From positions 194,990 to 258,989 of the forward strand of contig JBILLK010000012.1 in assembly GCA_044376115.1 (NCBI GenBank): a stretch of 64,000 nt of DNA, written 5' to 3'. This stretch comes from Polyangiaceae bacterium (GTDB taxonomy: Bacteria > Myxococcota_A > Polyangia > Polyangiales > Polyangiaceae). Shown here piece after piece: positions 29,918-39,174 of this stretch; position 1 is the first letter of the stretch, and the number at the start of each line of letters is the position of its first letter. The notes beneath the pieces were generated by a model that searched no databases, was not told where the DNA came from, and saw only the letters and a list, made by a program, of their open reading frames with translations. Made by a program: the position numbers and the translations under genes.

Positions 29918-29920
29918 ACC

Positions 29921-30424
29921 TCAGTCCGATTCGGCTGTGTGCAGCTTCTCGCGCACGACGAAAACAGGGCATCCGGCGCGTCGAACGACCATCTCGGCGA
30001 CCGATCCCAAGAGTATGCGTTTCAAGCCTGTACGGCCATGTGTGCCGATCACGATGATGTCGGCGTCGAGTTCCGAAGCAACTTCTACCAACTTGTCGGC
30101 AGGGTCGCCGGTCTCAGTGTGGATTGTGACTTTGGGAGCAGACTTTCCAGTGGAAGTCTCGAACTCGCTGCAGCGCCGAGCAACGAAGTCTGAGAGTTTG
30201 TGATGATCCGTGCCCGTGAGCTCAGGTGCCTCCATGTCGGCAGGCGGCTTGACGTTCGCAATGTTCGGTTCGGCAACGTAGACGAGGTGAAGCTCAGCCC
30301 CCGCCTGAGACGCATAAGTCAGGGCGCGGTGCATGATGGGCACGCACCCCTTGCGCAGATCGATTGCCACGATGACAACACTCTCGCTGGGAAGGAGATC
30401 GGTAGAAGATTCTTGTGCATTCAT
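29921..30424 (-). CDS. Universal stress protein
   Basis: IVVAID; GDPADKL; ADIIVIGTHGRTG...LGSVAEMVVRRAGCPVFVVR. Confidence 0.93.
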   Translation of the reverse strand: MNAQESSTDLLPSESVVIVAIDLRKGCVPIMHRALTYASQAGAELHLVYVAEPNIANVKPPADMEAPELTGTDHHKLSDFVARRCSEFETSTGKSAPKVTIHTETGDPADKLVEVASELDADIIVIGTHGRTGLKRILLGSVAEMVVRRAGCPVFVVREKLHTAESD

Positions 30425-30471
30425 GCGTGGAGCCTCTTGTTGGACGGCCGAGCATAGGGCACACAGCTTGC

Positions 30472-30960
30472 GTGAGTGAAGCTCCGTTGATTGCGATCAT
30501 CATGGGCAGCCGCAGTGACCTTGATCACATGTCGCCTGCCATCGAGCTGCTGCGCGAGCTGCAGATACCCCACGAAGTCCGAATCGTTTCGGCGCACCGT
30601 ACGCCCGATTGGATGTTTGAGTTCGCGGAAAGTGCGGAATCGAGAGGGCTACTTGTGATCATTGCTGCGGCGGGTGGTGCTGCGCACCTGCCGGGCATGG
30701 TGGCCGCCAAGACCTTGGTACCCGTGCTGGGAGTTCCCATGCCCGCGACCATGCTCAACGGCGTCGACGCGCTGCTTTCAATCGTCCAAATGCCGAAGGG
30801 CGTGCCCGTTGGGACGCTGGCGATCGGCAAACCGGGAGCCGCAAATGCTGCGTTGCTGGCCGCAGAGATCGTCGGAATCAAACAGCCGGAGGTCCGCGAT
30901 CGGCTACGCTCCTACCGAACAGCGCGCCGCGATGAAGTGCTCGCTGAGCGGGAGGTGTGA
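30472..30960 (+). CDS. purE: N5-CAIR mutase
   Basis: IIMGSRSD, SAHRTP, AGGAAHLPGM, SIVQMPKGVPV. Confidence 0.97.
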   Translation: MSEAPLIAIIMGSRSDLDHMSPAIELLRELQIPHEVRIVSAHRTPDWMFEFAESAESRGLLVIIAAAGGAAHLPGMVAAKTLVPVLGVPMPATMLNGVDALLSIVQMPKGVPVGTLAIGKPGAANAALLAAEIVGIKQPEVRDRLRSYRTARRDEVLAEREV

Positions 30961-30962
30961 AG

Positions 30963-32117
30963 ATGAGCACGCGTATCCTTCCCGGATCGACTATCGGCAT
31001 TCTGGGTGGTGGGCAGCTGGGTCGCATGATGGCCATGGCTGCCCGCGAGATGGGTTATCGCATTCGTGTGCTCGACCCAGACGCTGGCTGCGCGTCGCGC
31101 TATGTCGTGGATGAACAGAAGATCGCCCGCTTCGATGACGTGGCTGCCGCGGTTGAGCTCGCCTCACGCTGCGATGTCGTCACGCTCGAGATCGAGAGCG
31201 TATCCACATTGGTCTTGGAGGAGCTGGCCAAGACGCTCCCGGTGCGACCCGGCGCGAGCGCCTTACACGTGATTCAAGACCGCATTCGACAGCGTCAATT
31301 CCTTCAAAATGCGCATCTTCCTATCGGTGACTTTCGGGTGGCCTTCAATGCAGTCGAACTCGAATCGGCGCTTGCCGACTTGGGTGGCAACTGCTTCGTC
31401 AAGGCAGCCAGCGGCGGCTACGACGGGCGGGCGCAGTTCCGAACCGAGCGGGCTTCCGAATCATCGACGGCGTGGGCCGCCTTGGTTGGTCCCACCGCGA
31501 ACGACGGTCGGTTGCTGGTTGAAAAGGCGGTGAACATCGACCACGAGATGTCGGTGCTGGTAGCCCGAAGCGCTTCGGGAGAAGTGGCCGTCTATCCCCC
31601 GGCTCTGAATCACCATATCGACCGCATACTCGCCTGGTCGACGATTCCCGCACCGATCTCGGCTTCGCTAGCGGCGCAAGCCGAGGAGATCGCTCGGCAA
31701 TGCGTGGAGGGGTTGTCGCTCGAGGGCCTTCTCTGCGTCGAGCTCTTTGTTTCGGGCGGCCAGCTACTCGTCAATGAGCTCGCGCCTCGCCCTCACAATA
31801 GCTACCACGCCAGCTCGATCGCCTGTCAGACGAGCCAGTTCGAGCAGGGGATCCGCGCCATCTGCAACCTTCCGCTCGGAAGCACCGTGGCGACACGCCC
31901 CGCAGCGATCGCCAACTTGCTGGGGGAGCTTTGGAGCGCCGCTCCGCCGAGATTCGACTACGCGCTCGAGCTGCCTGGGGTGCGCTTGCATCTTTACGGT
32001 AAGAACGAAGCCCGCCGAGGCCGCAAGATGGGCCACATATCCGCCAGCGCTGACACTGCGGATGGCGCAACGGAGTTGGTTCGACAGGCGCTTAACCGCC
32101 TTAGCAGCCCTCCCTAG
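30963..32117 (+). CDS. purK: N5-CAIR synthase
   Basis: GILGGGQLGRM, GYDGR, NELAPRPHNS, HLYGK...GRKMGH; follows purE. Confidence 0.95.
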   Translation: MSTRILPGSTIGILGGGQLGRMMAMAAREMGYRIRVLDPDAGCASRYVVDEQKIARFDDVAAAVELASRCDVVTLEIESVSTLVLEELAKTLPVRPGASALHVIQDRIRQRQFLQNAHLPIGDFRVAFNAVELESALADLGGNCFVKAASGGYDGRAQFRTERASESSTAWAALVGPTANDGRLLVEKAVNIDHEMSVLVARSASGEVAVYPPALNHHIDRILAWSTIPAPISASLAAQAEEIARQCVEGLSLEGLLCVELFVSGGQLLVNELAPRPHNSYHASSIACQTSQFEQGIRAICNLPLGSTVATRPAAIANLLGELWSAAPPRFDYALELPGVRLHLYGKNEARRGRKMGHISASADTADGATELVRQALNRLSSPP

Positions 32118-32133
32118 GTTTGGCCCTAACGGC

Positions 32134-32883
32134 CTATTGCCAGCCGAGGCGAGCTACGAACGAAGTGTAGTAAGGAGCAACGACTAGCGAACGCAGCGCG
32201 ATGTTTACGCCGCCGGATAGTTCCAAGGCAGCGCTAGCGCCGCCGATGTGATCGTGGACGCAAGACTCGTCGTAGCCGCGCAAACCGCTAAACTCCATTT
32301 GCAGCTCTTGGGGGCCGCTCATTGCTGACTTAACGACTGGACCTTCGAGGTAGAGCGCACATACCCGTTCACTATGGCGAACTAACGCCGCAGGCGTGGC
32401 GAAGCGCAGCAAAAAGCGAAAGAGCCCTTTGGCATCGCGACGAAGCGCCTCTGCGCGCAATTCGCGGGCAATCTCGGGACCAGCGCCCGTTACAATACGA
32501 CAAGCACGATAAATCTCCGCATACCAGCTTATTGGGTACCAACCGCTTACTGCGATATTCGAACTCAAGAGAGTCGGTCGAACGTCGGTGTTCGTTTCTT
32601 GAAAAATCGCTGCCACGGTGTCGGCGTCAAAACGCCCAGCAAGAGCGTGCAGCAGACTCCGAAGTCCTTGACCTCGGATCCGGCTGGGGCCTGAAGGCGA
32701 GGCAGCATGAACGAGGAACGGCGACGGCTCATTGAGATGCACCGAAGCTTGCGGCCCCGGTGTGCTCACGTGCATGTCGATAAGCCTCGACCAAGGTGTC
32801 TGAGATCCTGCTGCTCCAAGCTCCACGTAAACCCCCCGGCCTCGTTCGATCCTGCGCTGCCCAACGAGCACGAGGATACTCAT
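32134..32883 (-). CDS. Hypothetical protein, myxobacterial DUF2378-like family
   Basis: IRGQGL...GWYPISW...FRFLLRFATPAALV...W-terminal pattern; start uncertain. Confidence 0.5.
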   Translation of the reverse strand: MSILVLVGQRRIERGRGVYVELGAAGSQTPWSRLIDMHVSTPGPQASVHLNEPSPFLVHAASPSGPSRIRGQGLRSLLHALAGRFDADTVAAIFQETNTDVRPTLLSSNIAVSGWYPISWYAEIYRACRIVTGAGPEIARELRAEALRRDAKGLFRFLLRFATPAALVRHSERVCALYLEGPVVKSAMSGPQELQMEFSGLRGYDESCVHDHIGGASAALELSGGVNIALRSLVVAPYYTSFVARLGWQ

Positions 32884-32920
32884 TGCAACGGTACGAGGTC
32901 GCGAGATGAAAAGCGCGCTA

Positions 32921-32967
32921 ACAAAACTAAACAGCGAAACATGACTTCCGTCATGTTTCGCCGTTTA
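32921..32967 (-). terminator. Intrinsic terminator of the TSP3/VWA gene
   Basis: Long stem TAAACAGCGAAACATGAC-TTCC-GTCATGTTTCGCCGTTTA followed on the minus strand by GTTTTGT. Confidence 0.75.
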
Positions 32968-32994
32968 AGCCAGTCGATTTAGTCGACTACCAGA

Positions 32995-35091
32995 TCAGCG
33001 GGGTGGGGTGATGATCACGTTCTCGGGCGGAATCAAGAAGTAGACGTCACGCTGATCGAGCGGGGAACCGTCACCACGTACCGTGAGAATCGCTTTGTAG
33101 ATTTGAGGCGCATCGGTGGGCATCACGGTGGTGTTGACGGGCACTGGGTGAACGTCCCAACACACCTTCTTGCCTGGGAAGAGCACCGGGAACGCATCGT
33201 CGTAACTGTCGGCGTCGGTGTCCGCTGTGGGGTTCACAACCTCACAGTCGTTCATGCCCGAGATGTTGACCTCTAGGTAGTCGATGAACTGGGTGGCATC
33301 GACAGCATCGGTGGTGTCGTCTGCAGCCTCGATGGTCGTGTTGAGGGACTTGCCACGGGCTAGTTCAAGGATGGCCGTGGTCGCGTTGGTTGCCACATTG
33401 GCGTCGACCGCCAGGTAGGTAAAGGGGTTGCCGTTGATGTCGACCGTGCCAGCGGCGATGCCGAGGTCTTGCGCAACGGACTGTGATGTACCGGCGCCGC
33501 CAGAATCATCGGTGCCGTAGAGCGAGATAAACTCGACGCCGGCGGCTTGCATCGCAGCACCCGCGGTCGCCGCAGTGAAATTGGCGCACTGTCCGCCCGA
33601 GCATTGATTGTCGGCGTCGGTGATCTGTACGTAGATCTTGATGGCGTCAGCTCGGAAACCCGGGCAACCAACACCAGATGCGGCGCACTGCATGTTGGGG
33701 GCGTTGGGACACAGCGCCGGGTTGGAAATACAATGGGCGGGTTGGAAGGGCGCTTCGGCACCGCCACCTCCAGTGTTCGGAATGGCGGCAGCAGTCGCAG
33801 CAGGGTCCGGTTGGATCGAGAGCAGGTTGGTGTAGGTGTTGATCTCGTCAAACCGACCCACACCCGTTCGAAGGTCCGGGATGCAGCCAGCGCCAGCGTT
33901 GGGGTCTTGAACGCAGGTGGTATTGAAGCAGATGCCTGCGGCACAATCAGCATCGATACCGCAGACACCGCCCAGCACATCGCAGGTCACCGCGTTGACG
34001 ATCGCCGGGACGCCCGTCGCCATATTCTTCATGGCCGCGAGCTCAGCAGTCATCGAACCGGTGGTGTCGAAGGCGAAGTACACGTCCGCGAACTGGATGT
34101 TGGTGCGGAACTTGACCGTGTCTTGCGGCGGGGTCGTCGGCTCCTGGTAAGGAACGATGAAGACGAAGTCGCCGTTCGCCTGAGGGTTGTCGAGCTCGTC
34201 GAGGGGGTCGGTTCCAGCGGCTTGCTCAACCAAATCACTGACGCCGTCGCCGTCGGTATCGACGTTCAGCGGATCCGTGCCGGCAGCGACCTCATTCGCG
34301 TCGCTGATGCCGTCATCGTCCGAGTCGGTGTCGCGGAAGTTCGCCACGCCGTCGCCGTCAGTGTCGATCGGCGGGGTTGCAATATCGTCGTCGCCAGCCT
34401 CTGCAGCGTCGGGTAGGCCGTCGTTGTCGGAGTCCAGATCGTAGCGGTCACGAATGCCGTCCGCATCGCTGTCGTCGGCGCTCTCGTGGAGGTCACCGAT
34501 GTTGTCGCCGTCGCTATCGAGATCTTGATAGTCGGGCTGGCCGTCGCTGTCGCAGTCCTTGGGAGCGGTTGCGGAGCCCAGTTCCTCATCGACAGTGCCG
34601 TCGCCGTTGCAATCGGAGCCTTGGCCTTCGATCTCGGTGCCGTCGAACAGGGAGTCGCCGTCGTCGTCGATGTCGGCGAAGTCCGGAGTGCCGTCACCAT
34701 CGAAGTCTTCCTTTCCGTCGTCGGCGTCGGGAATGCCGTTCCCATCGGCGTCGAGATCGAGGAAGTCGGGGGTGCCATCGCTATCGCTGTCGACTGGCTC
34801 GCTGCCGACGTCATCGTCGCCGGCTTCGTCCTTGTCGAGAATCCCGTCGCCGTCGGAGTCGTCATCTTCCTGGTTGGGCTTTCCGTCGCCGTCGACGTCT
34901 TCGGTGCCTTCATCGGCATCGGAGATTGTGTCTCCGTCGATGTCGCTCGCGGGCGGAGAGCCGCCGGAACCACCATCACCACCCGTTCCTCCGCTCCCAC
35001 CCGAAGAAGAACTTGAATCGCCGCAAGCTGCAGCGAGCAACGCAACCAATGAGACACACAAAGCAAGCGAGCGATTAGGGCTAACGGCCAT
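32995..35091 (-). CDS. Lipoprotein with Ca-binding thrombospondin type-3-like repeats and a VWA domain
   Basis: Lipobox AAAC; many DxDGDGxxD repeats; DVYFAFDTTGSM MIDAS-like motif, ITDAD. Confidence 0.82.
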   Translation of the reverse strand: MAVSPNRSLALCVSLVALLAAACGDSSSSSGGSGGTGGDGGSGGSPPASDIDGDTISDADEGTEDVDGDGKPNQEDDDSDGDGILDKDEAGDDDVGSEPVDSDSDGTPDFLDLDADGNGIPDADDGKEDFDGDGTPDFADIDDDGDSLFDGTEIEGQGSDCNGDGTVDEELGSATAPKDCDSDGQPDYQDLDSDGDNIGDLHESADDSDADGIRDRYDLDSDNDGLPDAAEAGDDDIATPPIDTDGDGVANFRDTDSDDDGISDANEVAAGTDPLNVDTDGDGVSDLVEQAAGTDPLDELDNPQANGDFVFIVPYQEPTTPPQDTVKFRTNIQFADVYFAFDTTGSMTAELAAMKNMATGVPAIVNAVTCDVLGGVCGIDADCAAGICFNTTCVQDPNAGAGCIPDLRTGVGRFDEINTYTNLLSIQPDPAATAAAIPNTGGGGAEAPFQPAHCISNPALCPNAPNMQCAASGVGCPGFRADAIKIYVQITDADNQCSGGQCANFTAATAGAAMQAAGVEFISLYGTDDSGGAGTSQSVAQDLGIAAGTVDINGNPFTYLAVDANVATNATTAILELARGKSLNTTIEAADDTTDAVDATQFIDYLEVNISGMNDCEVVNPTADTDADSYDDAFPVLFPGKKVCWDVHPVPVNTTVMPTDAPQIYKAILTVRGDGSPLDQRDVYFLIPPENVIITPPR

Positions 35092-35212
35092 TTCGACCTC
35101 CAACCCTGGAGCATAGATGCTGGCGCTTGCGAACACCCACAGTGCAGACTTCTAACCGCAACTTAACGGCGACCTTTGAGTAGGAATGCCTACCCAAGCC
35201 CACGTGCTCAAA

Positions 35213-36286
35213 TCAGCTCACACGAACTTCCGCGCGCAGCATTAAGGCTTGAATTTGGTCCTCCTCCACGTCGTCCCGAGTCTTGAACCCAAGCGCGAGG
35301 TAGAGCAGCAATTCAGCAAACGTAGGTCCAAGTCGCTTACCCTCGGCATCCAACAGGAACCCTGTGGATGGCACCAGAAAGACCCCGGGCGTCGCCAGCG
35401 GCTTCTTCGACCCACCCAAAGCAGAACTCGACAGGGTGCCAAGAGGAAAGCCAGACTCCTGCCCTGAGGACTTGGGCCAATCTTTGCTGCGCAAGAAGGT
35501 GAAGTTGCCCTTCAATCGACCGATCGAGAGCTCGCGATAGATGTCCCCCGGGTCGGATGGATCCGCCCAGTCATAGTGCTCAGCGAAGGCTCGCAGCGAC
35601 TCCGGAAGTCGCTCCAGCTCCTGCTCCGAGGGACGACCGCGACCGTCCTGGCGGTGGAGGGAGGCGTTGAGCCGCTTGGTGAGGAGCGCAACCGCAGCAG
35701 GACTGCCGACAGCGAGGCTGACAGGCACAACACGGTCGGCCAGGAACAGTGCTTGCGAGAGCGCGATGAGGACGTTGGTGCCGAGCTCACGAGAAAGAAA
35801 CGCGCTGCCACGACCCTCATGAGGGCCTTCAGCTTCGGCGTCGCTAATCTCGAGGACCTCTTCGGTATCACCCGAGCTCTTGCCGACGACCGGACCGTCG
35901 TCACCATCACGTAGGTAGCAGCGGTGGAAGCCCTGGGCATCGAAACGACAAGCATCGTCGAGCAGGTCCTCCTCCGAATAAACAATGCTGTAAACGCGCG
36001 TGGGCGTTCGCCCTTCGGAGCGCGTTGCGTGGTCGAGGACCGACATGCCCGGCGGTAGTTCATCCTCAAACAGTTGAGCGGTATGATCCAGCTCCTCAAA
36101 CGCGGGATGCGTCTTGCCACTTCGATAGAAGGCAACGGACCAGCCCGCCAGCCCTGGGATCGATCCCACCGTGAGACGAGCCGTGTCGACGTCGAACCCA
36201 GCGCAAGAGACACCGAATCCAACTGAAAGGGCCTCATCACTCACGGTGCCGTCTTCAAACAGTACGCACGCAAAGTACAAGCTCAT
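35213..36286 (-). CDS. Hypothetical protein
   Basis: 357-aa ORF filling the gap; no family recognised. Confidence 0.6.
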   Translation of the reverse strand: MSLYFACVLFEDGTVSDEALSVGFGVSCAGFDVDTARLTVGSIPGLAGWSVAFYRSGKTHPAFEELDHTAQLFEDELPPGMSVLDHATRSEGRTPTRVYSIVYSEEDLLDDACRFDAQGFHRCYLRDGDDGPVVGKSSGDTEEVLEISDAEAEGPHEGRGSAFLSRELGTNVLIALSQALFLADRVVPVSLAVGSPAAVALLTKRLNASLHRQDGRGRPSEQELERLPESLRAFAEHYDWADPSDPGDIYRELSIGRLKGNFTFLRSKDWPKSSGQESGFPLGTLSSSALGGSKKPLATPGVFLVPSTGFLLDAEGKRLGPTFAELLLYLALGFKTRDDVEEDQIQALMLRAEVRVS

Positions 36287-36375
36287 GGCGAAGCAGCATT
36301 CTCGAGTAAGCCGCTTTTCGCAACGAAGAATCTCGCACGTCAGCCAACGCGAGGAGCTGCGTCACTCCGCTCGCG

Positions 36376-37629
36376 ATGAATCGAATACCCTCCAACCTAC
36401 TCAGCGTTGCCCTCACCGCGGACAGTTCAACGCTGTGCTACGAACTGAGCCGAAAGCTCGGCACCCTTTACCCAGGTAAGCACGTCTTTTCCACCGAGGC
36501 GCGAGCGTTCGACCTGCATGAAGCACTGGAGCGCAAGCTCATCCATGGCCAGCTATGCGACCGCGTGCACTCCGTCGTCGACTCCCGCTACGACGAAGCA
36601 GACGGCGTCAGCGAAGTCGCCTACAACGCGGTCTACGAGTTCGACTTCGGCGGAGAGGACTTCGTGGGCGTGGTCGTAACCTATCAGGCCGGCGACTGCA
36701 CCGAGACCACGACCTTTCTTGTTGGCAACTCGAAGAAGGCCAATCTCGAAGTCTTCCGATTCGTTTGCGAGCGACTTGGCGAGGGTTCTGGGGAGGTGCT
36801 CGTCTTCGAGCGCGGCGCATGGCACAAGGACGAATCGCTTTTCACTGCGATTCGCAAGAGTTCACTGGAGACGCTGGTGCTCCGTGGCTCCATGAAAGCG
36901 GCTATCGTCGATGACGTCAGAAGCTTCCTCGCATCGCGTTCCGTGTACGAGAAGTATCGAGTGCCGTACAAGCGCGGCATTCTGCTTTATGGGCCGCCCG
37001 GAAATGGCAAGACGCATTTCCTCAAGGGTCTCTTGGCTTCGATCGTGGCCCCTTGCCTATATGTGAGAAGCCTCAATGGTTCACACCACAACGACCACGA
37101 GTCCCTTCGCCGTGTCTTTGCTCGAGCACGGTCCGTTGCCCCTTGTCTGCTCGTGTTTGAAGACTTGGAGTCTGTGCTCAACGAGCACAATCGCTCGTTC
37201 TTCTTGAATGAGCTGGATGGCTTTGCAGAGAATACTGGGATCGTCGTGATTGCTACGACGAACTACCCAGAGCAGATTGACCCAGCCATCATCGATCGGC
37301 CAAGCCGTTTTGACCGTAAGTACCTGTTCGATCTACCAACGGCGGAGGAGCGGCTTGAGTTCCTTCTACTGTGGCGAGACGCGCTCGAAACCGAGATGAG
37401 ACCTGATGAAGAGGCGCTCGAACGGATAGCCAACTCCGCGCAGGGCTTCTCGTTCGCCTATCTCAAGGAGCTTACTACTAGCGCGACGATGAGCTGGATG
37501 CTTACACGCGGCTCAATGTCGGACACGCTGCAAGACGTACTTCAAGCTCTCAAGCTAGAGAGTCGGAAGGGCAAAGCTCCAGGAAGCGCGCGCGGGACGC
37601 GCAGGGTTGGCTTGACGCCGGAGGCCTGA
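36376..37629 (+). CDS. AAA+ ATPase
   Basis: GILLYGPPGNGKT, LVFEDLE, FLNELDG, TTNYPEQIDPAIIDRPSRFD. Confidence 0.9.
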   Translation: MNRIPSNLLSVALTADSSTLCYELSRKLGTLYPGKHVFSTEARAFDLHEALERKLIHGQLCDRVHSVVDSRYDEADGVSEVAYNAVYEFDFGGEDFVGVVVTYQAGDCTETTTFLVGNSKKANLEVFRFVCERLGEGSGEVLVFERGAWHKDESLFTAIRKSSLETLVLRGSMKAAIVDDVRSFLASRSVYEKYRVPYKRGILLYGPPGNGKTHFLKGLLASIVAPCLYVRSLNGSHHNDHESLRRVFARARSVAPCLLVFEDLESVLNEHNRSFFLNELDGFAENTGIVVIATTNYPEQIDPAIIDRPSRFDRKYLFDLPTAEERLEFLLLWRDALETEMRPDEEALERIANSAQGFSFAYLKELTTSATMSWMLTRGSMSDTLQDVLQALKLESRKGKAPGSARGTRRVGLTPEA

Positions 37630-37655
37630 CTCAGCGGGATGGGCTAAGGTGGGTT

Positions 37656-39026
37656 GTGCTGTATTCATTGGTGGAACTGCTTCGCTGTCCCAACTCACTA
37701 AGCAATGAGCGCTGTCAGGGGCGCCTCCAAGAAGAAACTGCGCGGCTCACCTGCGTACAATGCGGCGCCATCTTCCCCCTTCTAAGTGGCATCCCAGTCG
37801 CACTGCCGGATGCGGCCGCTGCTGTGCTTGATTGGCGCGCCAACTTGGAGGAGTTCAGTACAATAGCCGACCATGTCTGCAGCGACTTGCTAACGGCCGT
37901 CTCGACTACAGAGAGGCTCGGACCAATCAGGCGGCAGAGACTTACACACCTGCGCGACGGGCTGGCAGCACAGGCCGTGGAAGCACTTGGAGCCTTTGCC
38001 GCCGCCGGCCTCGAGGCGCGACCACGAACAGCGCCCCCATCCCCGTATTCGATGAAGTTTGGTGTACTCCACTATCAACATCACATTCATCGCGATTGGG
38101 CGTGGGGGGATTCAGAGCTCGCGCAAGCGCGTCGGCAAATGGAGCTGGTATGGCCACGCGGGCGCAAACTCGGGCGGGCGCTCTTTCTGGGAGTCGGAGC
38201 CGCGCGCTGCGCGGCGGAGTTGAGCCACGCGTGGCACGCGGATCTAGCCGTTGGAATCGACATCAATCCGCTACCGCTCTTGGTCGCCCAAACACTGTTG
38301 GCCGGTCGTGAGTTCAAGTTTCACGAAGTACCGGCTTCGCCTCGGAGTGCGCATGAACCAACTGTCGCGCGGACACTGCAAGGGCGCGCCGACCTCGGCG
38401 GCAAACTGCAGCTAGTGCTCGCCGACGGACTAGATCCGCCCTTCGCCGAGGGTAGCTTCGATACGATCATTGCCGATTGGTTCTTCGATCAAGTGGTTCC
38501 GGATCTCGAGGCCTACTTGCCATTGCTGCGATCGCTGATGTCGGCGGACGGAGTTCTCTTGCACCATGGCCCGCTGGTCTACCCGAGTACGACGCCGCGC
38601 TCGCATCGGCATACACCGGAGGAGCTTTTCGAGCTGATTCATGCGGCCGGGTTCGAAGTCATCGAGCGGGCGGAAGCAAAACTACCGTTCATGGAATCGC
38701 CAGCGTGTAACCAAGGCCGACTCGAGCGTGTCTTCAGCTTCACAGCTCGCTTGGCAACGCACAAGCCAACTCCGCAACAGCACGCTGTACCCCAATGGCT
38801 CCTTTCGGACGATCTTCCCATTCCTCGTTTCGCCGGCCTTGAGCACTACGACCCACCTCACCCGTTCTTTGCGGCGGTGGTTAGCGCAATTGACGGACGC
38901 CGTTCGTGCGCGGAGATTGCCGGGCAAATCGCCGAACAGCAGAAGCTCGGTCTTGCGACCGTGACAGTCGCAGTCCGCGCTGCCGTACGCGAGGTCCACA
39001 GAGTCTGTCAGGACCAAGCTCGCTGA
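37656..39026 (+). CDS. SAM-dependent methyltransferase: Trm112-like N-terminus, N2227/CARNMT1-like core, PqqD-like C-terminus
   Basis: LLRCP...CVQCG..FP...GIP; HRDWAW; FLGVGAAR; GIDIN; WFFD; HGPLVY; IDGRRSCAEI. Confidence 0.65.
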   Translation: MLYSLVELLRCPNSLSNERCQGRLQEETARLTCVQCGAIFPLLSGIPVALPDAAAAVLDWRANLEEFSTIADHVCSDLLTAVSTTERLGPIRRQRLTHLRDGLAAQAVEALGAFAAAGLEARPRTAPPSPYSMKFGVLHYQHHIHRDWAWGDSELAQARRQMELVWPRGRKLGRALFLGVGAARCAAELSHAWHADLAVGIDINPLPLLVAQTLLAGREFKFHEVPASPRSAHEPTVARTLQGRADLGGKLQLVLADGLDPPFAEGSFDTIIADWFFDQVVPDLEAYLPLLRSLMSADGVLLHHGPLVYPSTTPRSHRHTPEELFELIHAAGFEVIERAEAKLPFMESPACNQGRLERVFSFTARLATHKPTPQQHAVPQWLLSDDLPIPRFAGLEHYDPPHPFFAAVVSAIDGRRSCAEIAGQIAEQQKLGLATVTVAVRAAVREVHRVCQDQAR

Positions 39027-39174
39027 ACACGATTCATTCTCGCAGCTTCGGGTTCAGCTGGCGCCTCCAAGGCCGGACACTGCAGTGCTGCGGCCACGGC
39101 CATCGACGATGTGTTCGTTCACAACGCATTACGCGGAGGCGGGATTCGAGATCGGATTCGGATGATTGCGAGCG

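Noticed and set aside
39136..39149. GAGGCGGGATTCGA resembling part of tRNA-Cys (possible att remnant flanking the RelA/SpoT gene)
   Set aside because: Only 10 contiguous identical bases, it does not include the tRNA 3' end, and there is no integrase; compatible with chance
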